DNA of 57,888 nucleotides, counting the filler, from Jimgerdemannia flammicorona (taxonomy: Eukaryota), in NCBI GenBank assembly GCA_003990765.1. It is 3 parts of 3 records of this genome, joined end to end, with 100 filler letters (N's around TTAATTAATTAA, not from the genome) between each part and the next. Parts side by side here need not be neighbours in the genome. Positions count along the whole stretch, not along the records: positions 1 to 19,233 come from RBNJ01001993.1; positions 19,334 to 38,564 come from RBNJ01001994.1; 1 more part is not named here. One strand, given 5' to 3'. The notes below the pieces were generated by a model, which was not told the origin of the DNA, did no database searches, and saw only the letters and a list, made by a program, of their open reading frames with translations. Positions 12,751 to 26,045 of this stretch are shown here, piece by piece (position 1 is the stretch's first letter; each line of letters begins with the position of its first letter). Made by a program: the position numbers and the translations under genes.

Positions 12751-13739
12751 TGCAGTTAGAGGGAGAAAAAGAAGAATTGTTCAGGAAAGAAAGAGATGGG
12801 CAGGGATTTGGCCTTTTAGCGAAATGGCATGAGCTATGGTGGTCGTTGTATTATAATAAAAGTTGGTCGGACGTCTAGCCCAATCCTCGTAATCGTCGAA
12901 AATAAGGGCACCGTCTGCAGCGCTAGAAGTGGTAAAAATAGCTGCATGTAACCACCAAGCATAGGAAATCTCGCTTTTTCGGGCCAGCATCCTCCCATGC
13001 GCGCGTAAGCCACCGTTGTGGCATTGTGGCCAGCTGCAGGAACCTGTCGGCCCTCGTCTGCCTAGAAACCAGAAGGATGCATCGTGCTACGACCGGATCG
13101 AATCACAGCAAAGCCAACCTTCGTTTCATGCTAGCAGCGAAGATTCATCCCACGCAACCATATGGCCAGCACACTTACAAATGAGAAAAGGACGCAGAAA
13201 ATGTCCCAAGACAGTCTGGTCTCAATCGTGATGTGACTAATTACCCCCTTACCTGCCTATTCGCATACATTTTTGTCTGGACTTGCTAAAAATCATGTGG
13301 AAATACAGCACTTATGCCTATCACATGTGAGAGCTCGGCCATTCGTCGAAATGGCAAACATAAAAAACAAATGCTTGTATGAAACATATTCATTATTAAT
13401 TGAGACCAGGGCTATTAGGCAACGGAGCACCACTACACAAAAAGGATCTTGGAAACGTGACGCGTGCCTTCTTAATTCGTCATATTACGAGTTATCTGCT
13501 CCGCAGTTCACTTGGAAACGTGTTCGATGACGTATATCGCTTCCGGAAATTAAACTCGAAAGAAAAAAAGTCGGTGAAGGACCAAACCGGACGAAACGGA
13601 GACTAAAAACTGAAAAGATGGAGATTCTTCATCCCCATTCGTCCATGCTTGAAAATCATTGGGAAAAATCAATATATAAATTTCGCAAATGCCCCTCTTC
13701 GATATGGGCCATCGTAAGTCACCATTTTTTATGCAAGAG

Positions 13740-13774
<35 letters not shown>

Positions 13775-15246
13775 TGATATCTCTGACCGTTTTCTTCTAC
13801 TCAAGAAGAAAGATGGACAGAACTTTATCTCGATGCAGACTGATTCGGTTTGGTTTTTCAATCTTAATCTACATGGCAAGAGATATCGATCAGATGTGAG
13901 ATAATCCATATAATAGTGGCTCAAAGCCAAGTGAAGAATGCCTCTATTTATTTATTTGCGCGGACGGTTTCAAATTCCCCTACTAGCCATTCGTCTACCT
14001 CTACCTACAGCAAACAACTGCCTGAATTGAATCCATGAACTATATTTATCGCAATGTTGCTGGGGTATCGGAGATCACTTGGGCAATGGGCATCTTGCAC
14101 GACCAGAATTGTTACCCCATATAGATTTTGTGACGCACCTACTCACCAACCAGTTGTGCTTTGCAAATATTTCGCTCTGCACATTGTCAGCTCCCGATCA
14201 TCTGCAAGCGAGCTAGTCACATCTCCTTTATCCACAAACCTGAGCCCAGTGCCCCCCCCAATCCCGTGTGAAGAAAGGGAGTGCTGACAGTGGAGCGGCA
14301 TTGAATTAGGATCGTGGGGAGAAATCTCTTTCATAGCAATCGTACACCTCTGCCAAGCTGAGGCGCTTGGCGGCCTCCGGTTCTTCGGTGTTACCATAAT
14401 TCCATTTTATTTTTAGTAAAATCGCGCAGCGGCTCCTTCCTCCGTCGATATCGACAGCACCACGTAAGCTGATCCTAATTCCGTTCTTTCCCGAAAATTA
14501 CATCCTACCAACCGAAGCTTTCATCCCCCACACATCAGCTGAGGAGAGGGGGCTTTTTTCTTCTTGCCGCAGTTTACCGTGGGAAATAATCTTCACCAGA
14601 TAGCGGTGCTCCATCTGCGCGTTTGTACGAGGGGCCAGGCAACGACGATGTGGTTGTTTGTTCCCAAACAGGTAGAACCCCACAAACTCTTCCTCGCCGT
14701 GGGACTGAAAATAGGTCGACTCCCTCGTTGTCGGAGCATTTGGATTAGAGAACCATAAGGAGATCGCGTGGCCTTATTCAAAGGCCGCAGGGGATGTCGA
14801 AAGAATATGCAGGCTTGGAGTCATAAAATAAAACCGTCAAATCCTATCCTACAAAATAAAAATTGTCATGGTGCATTGAAGTGAAGGGATGGGAGATGTT
14901 TGTAGTTGACTGAAAGGAGGTAAGGAAGTTGTCAACGAGTGCTGTTCCCGGGTGCGCGAAGTTTATATACTACAAACTCTTGACGTCTGCTCTGGCAACG
15001 GCCATTGAAGGCCATTGTAAACATAAAGATAAATGAATACGTTAACGTTCCTGCTTCTCAACTTTTTTGTATTGATGAGAGTCTCAGTCTACCGTTCGAT
15101 TTGCCATCCACAGCTTATTTATTAGTGACCGCGCCACGTGGAGGTGGCAGATGTCAAGTTGTGTATGAAAAGGAAAGAAAAAAAGGGTTGTCGTAGGTAG
15201 CCAACACAAACGATATTTTCGAGAATCATATACCTAGCCACAAATC

Positions 15247-16116
15247 CTATTGGTGCGACGCTGCCGACAAGTTCAATTCACAATTCTCTGCCTTCTTAGT
15301 ATGCTCGTCGATATCGACCGCATCCCAGGGATACACCAACCACGTATCCGGCATATCCACTGCTGCAAAATAATACTTCATCACGTTCTCCGGTAACGAC
15401 ATCTTCTTTTTCTTGATCTTGTTGTGAAGCACAAACACGCCCAGCTTGGTCTCCCTTTCTCCGGGCCCCAGCCCCATCGCCTCCTCCTGCTTCTTTATGT
15501 CCTTGACCAGCTCCGCGACGGCAAACGCCAGGGTCTGCCGCGTGTCGTCCACTTCATCTACAATCAGGATGTTGCGCCCGACCAGGTTAACAAGGGAGTC
15601 GGCACCCCCAAAGTTGAGCCACTGCGTCTTGGTGACCTGCGGCTGGGGCGGGGCCGCCGGGGTGCTGAACCCGGAGTCCGAGACCACATGGCCAGAGGCG
15701 GCGACCTCTCCGTTGAAGATCTCGAGCTCCTCGTAGAGGGAAAGGCCGATGGCCTGGATAGGGATGTTCTTGTTGCGTTTTTTGAGGAAGGTGCGGAGGA
15801 TGCGGGCGGGGATGAAGCCGCCGCCTGTTGTTAGGGGGGGAAATATGAAGATCGCGCGTTAGTGTATATTGGTGGGTGTGTAGGGAGTTGTGGAGCGCGA
15901 AAACCAAAAGGCGGACACAAACCCCCGATGGCAATCATGATGTCCGGTTGGAAATCGTCATTGATGGAAAAACGCTCCACGGACTCGCGAATGGCAGTGT
16001 GGATCTGGTTGTAACTGAGGCAAGGTGAGCGTATAATCGTCCCCACGTTGTCAGGTAGCATAGGATGATTGGGCACTCTACCTGATATATAGCTTCGAGC
16101 TGTCGTTACTTGTCAT
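15247..16116 (-). CDS. Purine (hypoxanthine/xanthine-guanine) phosphoribosyltransferase, fungal HPT1/XPT1 type
   Basis: Exons 16116-16082, 16014-15923, 15824-15247 give ISYNQIH...DIMIAIGGGGFIPARILRTFLK...LSLYEE...TQW..., the PRPP motif ILIVDEVDDTRQTL, and WLVYPW. Confidence 0.92.
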
Positions 16117-16305
16117 CGTTCACATTTGATGAATTACAGCTACAGGACAGAATGTCGACGGCGCATGCTCGGTGGCTTGGCTATTGTGCGCCTCATGCCT
16201 CATATAGAAAAGAAAAGATGGCATTGACTCATATCACCTCACACCGACCTTGTCATACATATTAGAAGAATATAAATTAAAAAAGGGGCTATGGCACGGG
16301 GAACC

Positions 16306-16310
16306 AAAAA
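16306..16310 (-). terminator. Pol III oligo-T terminator of tRNA-Asn
   Basis: TTTTT immediately after the discriminator base. Confidence 0.75.
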
Positions 16311-16384
16311 CGCTCCTGGGTGGGCTTGAACCACCAACCTCCTGATTAACAGTCAGACGCGCTAACCAATTGCGCCACAGAAGC
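16311..16384 (-). tRNA. tRNA-Asn (GTT), intronless
   Basis: Minus strand GCTTCTG-TGGCGCAATTGGTTAGCGCG-TCTGA-CTGTTAA-TCAGG-AGGTT-GGTGG-TTCAAGC-CCACC-CAGGAGC-G folds as a cloverleaf with A and B boxes. Confidence 0.97.
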
Positions 16385-17639
16385 GATTAGCGATAAACAT
16401 GGTGTCATTAAGAATTTATATAATATTTGGATCCCAGAATCACACTATTTTTACCTACTTCGTTCCTTCTCCCTGAGGATTAAAGGTAGAAGTTGATCTT
16501 CCTAACGTGTCATTGCTCTCACTCCATCTATTCTCAAAACAATACAATGTGATGAAACTTGTATGTCGACGTTTCTGGGTACAAATATTTTGAAAAAATA
16601 AAAAAAATAAAAAAAAAAAATACTGCGATTATGTGTAACTCACACCTTGACCTTTCAAATGTGGTACCCTCGGTGTTTACTTCCGTGGTTATGGATGGCT
16701 CGAGTCAGATCCGATAGACAGCATTGGCCATTACTAGCCACCGCTGTCTTGAATCACCATATGTCCAACTGAGACCCTAAGGTTCTAAGGACAGCAAAGC
16801 CTAGAGGAAGATCCTCCGAGCGTATTGTTTATCATTATAAGCCACCACTAGCCCATTCGTCACTCACACCAGCCAAGGTGGAGGTAGGACATCTTGACAA
16901 ACACTCCCCGGAGTATTTGTGCTCAAGACAAAAGGGGGGCGTGTAAGGGTACGATTTTCTGGTCGCGTTTTGAGTCCATTCTTGACCGCCTTTCTTGAGT
17001 CGGCTTTCGAGACGTGGTTCGATGTATTGAGTTTTCTCACGACCCAATCTTTTTGTAAGGGCTGATCCCTGAGTAATTAATGCCTTGGTGTTTCACTGAA
17101 AGTTGACTAAAGTTATTAAAATATAACTGAAAGATATTTGTACATTTATTTCAAAGGCTATCTAGTAAGTAGCAAGAGTATGTGGATTGGCAGAATGGCA
17201 TGTCATTGTTGGTTGCGAAATCCAGATTTCGTGACATCAAACAAGCAAAAGAGCATCGCGCAATGCCAATCACAAAAAGGAGCGTTGCGCAAACAAACAA
17301 AAATAACAAAGAGCAAAAAACATAGAGAAAGAAAAGCCTGCATGAATTACATAAGGAACGATTGCCATTTATAGTCAATAGAGATCGTTAGCCATCATTA
17401 GGAGGAAATCTCTGAGCGATGTGGTTCAATTACAACGATACATAAGTATTATCTACTTTGTTCTCTAGAAAATGCTGATTAGAGAATATAAGGATACAAT
17501 ATAAAAGGTGCCAAACAATGAAAACCCGATTTGGAAAAAGTTTTCGAAAATCTCTAATCGAGACCCAAGACCCAAGACTCAAACCCGACGCTAGCAGAAT
17601 AAAACAAATCAATACTACAAAGGGAACTAGATCGTCCAA

Positions 17640-18934
17640 TCACGCCTCTAATAGATCCCTTGGTCTCCAATTACGTCGGCGAGGGCGCGTGGTAGATGTA
17701 TTAGACGCTTCGAAAAGGGACTGCGCGGCCGGCAGAATATCGGATAGCTTTTGAATGGATTGGCCTGTGTGTCCGACGGCAGTGCTACGAGAGGCGGTCG
17801 TTACTGAGGACGTAGTGGTAGGAGAGGTGGGTATCGCGAAACCCATTCGCTGGTTGTCGGTATCGAAGATTGTGTAGAACTCCTCAATGAAGACATCACC
17901 TATAGAGGTGGTACGGAGTGGGTTTGAAGGGTAGGAAAGAGGGAGTTGGTGGATGAGCTGGGATGAAAATGAAGATCGACTCGGAAATGCGAACCTGTTA
18001 GGAAAGTGAGACATACCTAGGAACCACATATCCGTTCGGTCCTGTGATATTATTAACAGAGGCCAAAATTCAATGAATCAGTATATTTGCGAGCTCACTT
18101 CTGAATTCCGAATGGCAAGTACTCCCTCCACATCTCAATCCCTTAGCCAGAATCACATACCGACAGTGCTTGCAGCTTAGAGTAGCATAAGTTCTCGGCC
18201 TCGTTGTAGAAGTAGATGTAGCTCTGGTATGGAATCTGAAACTCGTATGCCCAAATCACGATGGCTAGGTTGGGCAGTGTGCGCGCGTGGGCGCAGTCGA
18301 CTTTGTACATCGATGTCACGGAGTCAAATTTCGCGCCCATGATCTTGTGGTACTCGTCCGCCTGGGCCTGTGGCGCGATCATCCAACTGGTGCCTGTTTC
18401 GAGAAATGCGTGAGTGCATACATACATATAAAATATACCAATAGCGGCAGGCAGAATCACAAAATATCATCCCCGCCCCACATACCCGTATCGATGAATG
18501 CGACGGCCGTCTTCTGCACCTCCACAGATTGGCTTCCCAGGCGTACCCCCTTGAGTCCTATGGTCCAGAACGGAGGCTCACCGTTCGAGGGGTTCTGCAG
18601 GGGTACCCAAGCGATATCCCCGGTGAAGCGAGCGGTGTCAATGTCGCCGAACAGGATCTCGCCGCCGTTGGTCGAGTGGGATTGGTTAAATTGCAACGGG
18701 TTCATCCAGACGGAGAAGATGTTGCGCGCAATCACATTCTGCAGTCGCATGTTTTCCACGGCGAGGACATAGGCTACATTAGGGGATTGAGGGGATGAGT
18801 TCCATATGGGGCGCGATAACAGGTGGTGTACTTGCAAGAACCATTCAAATTCCGTGTGAGATGTGACTTACCGTTGGCGTCATCCACCGGGTAATATCCG
18901 CCCAGGTAGAAAGCACCCAACCCGAAAAGTCCAT
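17640..18934 (-). CDS. Pepsin-family (A1) aspartic protease, 3' half; 5' exons lost at the gap
   Basis: Exons 18934-18872, 18773-18486, 18393-18161, 18041-18017, 17899-17640 give DGLFGLG, IFSVWM, GGEILFGDIDTARFTG, second catalytic motif AFIDTGTSW, WFLGDVFIEEFYTIFD..NQRMGFA, then a Ser/Thr-rich tail. Confidence 0.9.
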
Positions 18935-18978
18935 CTAAGAAAACCAGTCAGTAAATAAAATAGGCTGCGTCAATCTTC

Positions 18979-19233
18979 TCCTTCCAAACATTCCTCCCTC
19001 CCTCGAAACTTCCTTCCAAACATTCCTCCCTCCCTCAAAACCTCCTTCCAAACATTCCTCCCTCCCTCGAAACCTCCTTCCAAACATTCCTCCCTCCCTC
19101 GAAACTTCCTTCCAAACATTCCTCCCTCCCTCGAAACTTCCTTCCAAACATTCCTCCCTCCCTCAAAACCTCCTTCCAAACATTCCTCCCTCCCTCGAAA
19201 CCTCCTTCCAAACATTCCTCCCTCCCTCGAAAC
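18979..19233. repeat. 31-bp intronic minisatellite, at least 8 copies, running into the gap
   Basis: Unit ~ccttccaaacattcctccctccctc(g/a)aaac(c/t)t. Confidence 0.95.
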
Positions 19234-19333
19234 NNNNNNNNNNNNNNNNNNNNNNNNNNNNNNNNNNNNNNNNNNNNTTAATTAATTAANNNNNNNNNNN
19301 NNNNNNNNNNNNNNNNNNNNNNNNNNNNNNNNN
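19234..19333. other. Assembly gap / contig-join spacer
   Basis: N44-TTAATTAATTAA-N44; the linker has stops in all six frames. Confidence 0.97.
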
Positions 19334-19339
19334 ATCTAT

Positions 19340-19480
19340 AGACTAATAAGTTAAAATACAGTTATATAGTATTATATTAATCTAACTATACTAATGACTT
19401 CTAAGCTATTTATATATTTAGATACTGTTTAGATAGTCTTTAGTAAGATCACTATCAATAATATTATCTCTGATAAAGTA
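19340..19480 (-). mobile_element. Fragment homologous to the interior of the LTRs at ~21340-21480 and ~32720-32870
   Basis: ctaactatactaatgacttctaagctatttat...gatagtcttt...ataaagt aligns with both LTRs. Confidence 0.7.
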
Positions 19481-22074
19481 GTTATCTAGAAAGAGTAGGT
19501 TTTAGATTATATATATATATATATTTTTTTATATAATATTAGATTATCTCTCTCTATTTATTCATATAGTAGTATATTGGAATGAAGTGATTGTTCTACA
19601 GAATGACATCATCTGTCTTATATTATAGTATTAATAGATAGAGAAGGGGTGAATTATCTTCACTTTTATCTAATTTACTATTAGTATATCTTTAGTAGAT
19701 TATGATATTATATATTATATAGTTATAGTATACTGACAGTTGTTCTTCATATTACTTATACTCAGGAGATGGGGTTGTTGATTCTATCTTGAGAGTTGTT
19801 TAGAGATATAGATTATATTATCTTATTTCTTTATTATAGTTGAAGTAGTTAGATATGAATTCAGATTGATACTTATACTAGTAGTTATCTCAATAGGTCT
19901 TGTAAATAGTTATAAACTATTATAAGTTTATTGGTAAGATTAGTAGGATGATCAAAGCTGGTAGAGATCCTTAACTAAAAGTTATCTTGATATTAGAGAG
20001 ATTATTATCTTATACTTTATTATTATTGAACTGAATTATATTATAGATGTCCTTTATGATATATCCAACTTGAGGCCTTTGCAGAATATAGTAGGAATGG
20101 TCTATTAGTAGTTCAGACATACTCAATATATTTCTGATTAAGTTCTTATACTATTTTATCAATTTGGCCATAGATCAGAGTAGTGATCATTTTAGCAGTA
20201 GTAACTTAGAGATAGAGAATAAAGATACTATACTCATAAAAAAGTTCTTGGTATTTATATACAATGAGCTTCTGGTGTTGAGATATTTCAGTAGTGCTCT
20301 AAATAAGCTGATCTAGATCAATTTGAAGTAGCTTATAGGTGATATAATTTGATATATCAATATTATTGTTTTGATTTCCAAATTAGACAATTAAATATTG
20401 ACATCATTCAAAAGCTCTTAATAATGCCTTTCTAATGATATTAAGAATATTAAAATTAGATGATATGTTGCCAAGTTATCAAGAAAAATATCTAACTTGG
20501 CAATTTTCAAAAGAATATTTTTATTAATAACTTAATAATACATTATCTACAGAGCACCTCTTCCTGATATATCTCATGTTATACAAATATATATCAACTA
20601 CTTTTATACCATTCTTTAGAGAAATATCTTAAGAACATATTCTTGAATCAGAGTTCTATAAAGTGTACTGAGCAGAGTGACCCCAGTATATTTGACTGAC
20701 AGTATGTAGGAAGAGATCAAAGAACAGAGTTGGAGATTATAAGAGGGTTACTTATTAGAGTAACTGTTACATAGTTCTGGAAGGGTTTTCTGGAAGTTCT
20801 AGATATTCTGAAAGACTGTTTTCTTAAGGTTGAGATCAATTTTATATAGAGTGCATCCTCTATACTTATTGATTTCAAGATCAGATTAATATTTTAACCA
20901 AAGTCCTTTTTTGGACTAGTTCTGAATATTCAGAATTTTCTATATTTCAGAAAGTTCAAGAAACTAAGACCAGCTTAGTTTAATTGGTGCATCACTGCAG
21001 ACAATACCTAATTAGGAAATTTTATAACATAGTTAGGAGTAGGATCTAACAGAGTTTAGTTTTACTTAAGAGTAGTTTGTGAGTTATTAAATAGATTTAT
21101 TCACTATTCATGATATTGCTATACTAAGAGTAGTTATGTGAAGAGATATTGTGGGAAAGTGTTCAGAAGTTATATTCAGATTGTTCAAGTCTGAGATTCT
21201 GAGATCTGGAGAAGGGGGTATTTATACTAGTGAGGAGCTATCTGGGCTAGGCTAAATATGAATATAGCACTTACTATCTTACTGAGTCAGAATATAGTCA
21301 TATAGTATAAGTATGATCTAATATATCAAGAGATCATCTGACTGCTGAGTCAGTTCACAGTTATATCATATAAGACTAATCTAACTATACTAATGATTGC
21401 TAAGCTATTTATAGATTTATATGCTATCTGAGTAGTCTTTGATGATATTACTATTGATGACATCATCTTTAATAAAGTCTGAGCAGTTTTCTAACTTCTG
21501 ATCTCATTAGTTTCAAAGGTATCATTACCTCTATCTCTTGTAAAATTAAGACTATTCTCAGTGATAGTAGTTATATAAGAATAACAGGTCTTGGTTCTCT
21601 TTTTTTTTGAACTACTGATACATTTGTGAGAACTGGTCATCTTTATTTAGGATAAGGGCTCTCATTATTATGGCTGGGGGTTCAAACCTCTCAGAAATGA
21701 TATTTTTTATAATCTGAGGTAATTTTTAATAGTAATATCTATCATGTGGATGGATTTAAGATTGGTTTTGATAATGTTGGCTTTTTTGAGTTCAGATGAA
21801 TCTGTCATTCTCTAACAGAGGTAATATAGATAGAGTGAACAAGGTTGTTCAAATATATTTTGCTTCTGCTAAGTAATGAGGTCTTATATAATTGCAGTGT
21901 ATCTTAGTCTTGAGTTGATAAGTGTGATTTGTGAACCTTTGATAGATAATATAGAGGCCTTTTTATCTTAGTTTGAGTTTGGTACTTTAGTTTCTTTTTA
22001 TAATAGTACAGTATACCAAAACTAGTTATAGAGGTTCAAGGTTGGTCTTATAGTTATAGTTAGTGCTCTGAATG

Positions 22075-22400
22075 AGTCAATTCGAATCAAATCCAGATTC
22101 GATTCATCATATGATGGTTTGATCCGAATCTCAAATCTGAAGCCATCCAAATCAACTTGGATTAATCCAAATCACCCCATCCAAATCACTTCATCTGAAT
22201 CACCCATCTGAACCACCCCAATCCGAATCACTCAATTTGAATCACTTAATCTGAATCACTCAATCCAAATCACTCAATCTAAATCACTCAATCTGAATTC
22301 TCCAATTTGAATCCTCCAATTTGAATCCTCCAATTTGAATCCTCCAATCCAAATCCTCATCTGAATCCTTCAACCGAATCCTCCAATCCAAATCCTCCAC
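22075..22400. repeat. Left subterminal short-repeat array of the hAT
   Basis: Dozens of AATC(C/T)(G/A)AATC-type units with a 10-15-nt period. Confidence 0.85.
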
Positions 22401-22539
22401 ATGACTCATATACCAGATGTGTCTACAATACATTATACATACATATATACACAATATACACACACATACACACATGCACATGCAAATATGCAAACACACA
22501 TGTTGACAGATCAGTCTTCAACAGTTCACAGTACCAATG

Positions 22540-23970
22540 ATGCTTCAAGTTAAATATCCCTGATAGTTCCATACCTTCCATACAATCCTCACTCTGAAAT
22601 CTGGTAACATTGTGCTAAGATAGGAGATGATGTTGTTTGTAATTATTGCAGGTAAAAAATTAAGACACACCTATTGACTTGTTTGACATATACATAATAT
22701 TGTTTCATCTACCCCTATAAACTGCACCAGCCAGAAGTTCAAAATGCTTGGTGGTATGACCTTGAATATGAATCGACACATAAAAGATAAGTACTCTGAC
22801 AAAATCAAAAAGAACATGGAGACAAATAAAATTGACATCCAAGCTATGGTGGGTATGTTTATCCGATTGCCCAACTATTTCTGTACCAACAATGTCATTT
22901 AATCAAAAATATTTAGCCATACTCTTTGGCAGAATTTCGAAATCAGCTCATTCACTGGATTGTGTGTACAGACCAGCCATTTACAACCATTGAGAGTGAT
23001 CAATTGCATAGCATCTTTGGCCTCCTCAAGTATGATTTATATTTGCCAAGTACTGATACTATTCATAAAGATGTCCTGGAGGCCTATAGGAAGGAGCATG
23101 ACAATCTCCGCCAGACACTTCACGTAAAATAAGAGCAGCACTGTGACCTTTGCAAGCTGAATTATATAAAAGAGCTCACCAATTTAACCTTACATTCAAT
23201 AAGTAGAATTTGGCAGGCAAAATTTTGTTTACGATTGACATATGGACATCCCCCAATGCAATTTCATTTCTGGGCATTACTGGTCATTGGATTGACCTTG
23301 ATTGGTAGCTTAAATCTCTCACCCTTGACTTCATCAAACTTGCTAGCCCTCATTCTGGAGACAATATTGCAGATGCTTTTATTAGTTATATCTAAGAGCT
23401 TGGGATCACAACCAAGGTAAAAAAAGGGGGGCTTACTGTCAGGTTGGTGTTTTGAGGGAGGTCCTTAAACAGAACAGATTTTGTTGGTTATTTATTTTCA
23501 CATAATTTGCCAACTGAATATTTCAAGTATAGATTTTGACCATTATAATGGACAATGCCATAAACAACTCAACATTTTTCCAAGTTTTAGCAGCCAGCCT
23601 CAAACAGAAAAATGTGGCCTTCAGTGCAGAAAGCTACCATGTGCAATGCCAGGCCCATGTACTGAACCTCGCTATTCAGGACTATCTTATACATATAGAC
23701 AAAACATCCAAGAGAGGAGGGGCCCTGAGTATAATTTCCAAGCTGTGCAAACTGGTTGTATCAGTCCAATCATCCCCACAATGATGAGACAAATTCACTG
23801 CACAGTATAGGACAATTAGTTTAGCCCTGAAAGAGCTTATATTGGATATCTGTACACATTGAAACTCAATATTTGCAATGATCCAGCACATGCTGGCATT
23901 TGCTGTAGTATGCATTCTTTTTTTCTTTGGTCAGCTAAAGCAACTGTTTCAGATGATAGAAGATTTATTT

Positions 23971-24001
<31 letters not shown>

Positions 24002-24013
24002 AAAAAAAAAAAA

Positions 24014-24049
<36 letters not shown>

Positions 24050-25130
24050 CCAATAGATTCAATGATGGCTGCCGACAAGGAAATATGGGCCGAGGTTTTA
24101 GGTGAAAGCAAGTGGGATATACTTAGGAATATTGTCAGAGTTTTGGAAGTAAGTGGTGGTTGCTCTGGCTCCACACTCATTTTGTCTGCCTCTGTATAAT
24201 ACAATACCTCACCACATATAACTGCCAGTGTTTCAACAATTATACGAAGGATATAGTCAAATAAACAACCCTGACAATAAGCTCTGTGATACCAGTATAC
24301 AATCTTCTGATTGACTGGCTAAAGGACAAGCTCAAGGATAGGCTGGAGGGTTGTAGTGATTTACAGTTAAGCCCAGATCAGAGAGACACTGTAGAGGTTG
24401 CTCTAAGCAAGCTCAGGAAATACTACTCCCAAACAGATACTGCCATATACTCAATCAGTACAGGTATATCAATATTGGTGTGTGGCTATTGCCTCTTCCA
24501 AAACAGAGGAAACTCCGCAAAAACTCACTCTCCTTTTCTTCGAACAGTGCTGGACCCATACTTAAAGCTACAATACCATAAAGATCAGGGCTGGGAGCAG
24601 CACTTCATTGAGAGAACCAAGCAGACTGTAATTGAAGTGTACTGGAAAAACTATGCACCACTGCAAGGTTCTGGCCAAAGTCTAGATGAATATGCTGAGA
24701 GTTCCCTCCTGTCCCACATTTACTTCAGCAGAAAGAAGAAGAGGGAGCCATCAGTGGAAGAGCTGCCATCAATAGATGAACTTACCATTTACCTTACCAG
24801 CGACTGCATGGTCCTGCTGGAGGGCACAGAGGTGCTCAACTGGTGGAAGGTGGGTTGTCAGGTGGGCATTGTCAGGTGGGTGTTGGGCCAATTTAACCCA
24901 CCAATCTAACCACCACTCTACCCACTGGGGCATGCAGCTGCATCAAACAGACTTCCCCAGCCTATATGGTATGGCTTAGGACTACCTGATGATTCCTGCC
25001 TCCAGCACTCCTGTCAAGCAGATGTTCTCAGATAGGGTGGACCTCATTGCCCCAAAGAGGTGTGTGCTGAATGCTGAGACAATCCAGGTGTGTATGTATC
25101 TGAAGTCTTGGTGGGGCTTGGGCCACTAAA
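22540..25130 (+). pseudogene. Spliced hAT transposase (BED finger, DDE core, C-terminal dimerisation domain) with stops and frameshifts
   Basis: SEIW*H...VVCNYC...MNRHIK; WIVCTDQPFTTIES; TIDIWTS...FLGITGHWID; HSGDNIA; IIMDNAIN; QCQAHVLNLAIQD; TH*NS; VLDPYLK; VLNWWK...FPSLYGMA*DYLMIPASSTPVKQMFS...LNAETIQVCMYLKSW. Confidence 0.92.
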
Positions 25131-25284
25131 ATTTGGTGAGTCCATAGATAAGTTGGTTGGCCTTGTGGAATATTTAATACCTTTCAAATTAATACCTTTC
25201 AAAATAATAAAAAAGGAAAAAAAACCTGAGGACTTGGCCTGGAGTTTGCAGCCCAAGTGGGGTGGGGTTGGTGGTAGCGGCAGA

Positions 25285-25755
25285 GAGAGCACACAATATT
25301 TGCAGCCCTCAGCCAGCAGCAAGGGGCAGCCCTAAGCTGCCAGTGCCTGGGTTGGTGGGTGGGTCAGTGGGCAGATCAGTGGGTCAGTGGAAGGAGTGCA
25401 CAAAATTTGCAGCCCTCCACTGGCAGCAAGGGGCAGCCCCAAGCCACAAGTATCCGGGTCAGGGGGGTAGGCGGAGGGAGTGCGCAAAATTTGCAGCCCT
25501 CCACCAGCAGTGAGGAGCAGCCCCAAGCTATCAGTGCCCAAGCTGTCAGTGTCCAGATCAGTGGGTGGGGTTGGTTGGCAGGTTGGCAGGCATGGAGTTG
25601 GCAGAGGAAGCATGCAAAATTTGTGGCCCTCTGCCAGCAGCAAGGGGTAGCCTCAAGCTACAAGTGTCCGGGATAGGCAGGGCAGGTGGAGGGAGTGTGC
25701 AAAATTTGCGGCCCTCCACCAGCAGCATAGGGGCAACTCCAAGCCATCAAGGAGT
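25285..25755. repeat. Five ~60-bp direct repeats with variable G-rich spacers, between the convergent 3' ends of the two hAT genes
   Basis: Core gtgcaaaatttgcagccctccaccagcagcaaggggcagccccaagc at ~25290, 25395, 25480, 25612 and 25695. Confidence 0.85.
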
Positions 25756-26045
25756 CTGGAGTGGAGGGTACTTCTGGCAGTTGGAGGGTGCTTCTGGTGG
25801 TCGGAGAGTGTTTCTGACAGTCGAAGTCACTGGTTCAGGTCCCATGGGTACCCTGGCCCTATGTTGCAGCACTGCACCAGTGGCACTATAGAGCAGAGCT
25901 GAGGGGCTGATAGGGCCCTGTATAATGGCTAAGCTAGTGCTACATAAGAGGTGCCCGGCCCATATAAGACTGCCCAATCCATACAAAATGGCTGCCTAAC
26001 CCACACAAAATGGCTGCCTAACCCTTATGAAAGATTGTCTAACCC

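Noticed and set aside
13270..14830. Possible small spliced gene or pseudogene (GC-balanced patches with GT/AG sites, e.g. VDSLVVGAFGLENHKEIAWPYSK)
   Set aside because: I could not build a consistent model or recognise a family.
18935..19215. Repetitive ORFs (GREECLEGGFEGGRNVWKEV)
   Set aside because: Translations of the 31-bp intronic minisatellite.
19278..19289. TTAATTAATTAA palindrome within Ns (also 38609-38620)
   Set aside because: Artificial six-frame-stop linker. The sharp gene/transposon boundary at 19.3 kb may therefore be an assembly join rather than biology.
23965..24048. Poly-Phe/Lys ORFs from A/T homopolymers (also 13741-13772)
   Set aside because: Homopolymer or low-quality sequence, intronic or intergenic.
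25285..25755. CRISPR interpretation of the repeat-spacer array
   Set aside because: Eukaryotic context, degenerate long repeats, low-complexity mutually similar spacers, and no cas genes.
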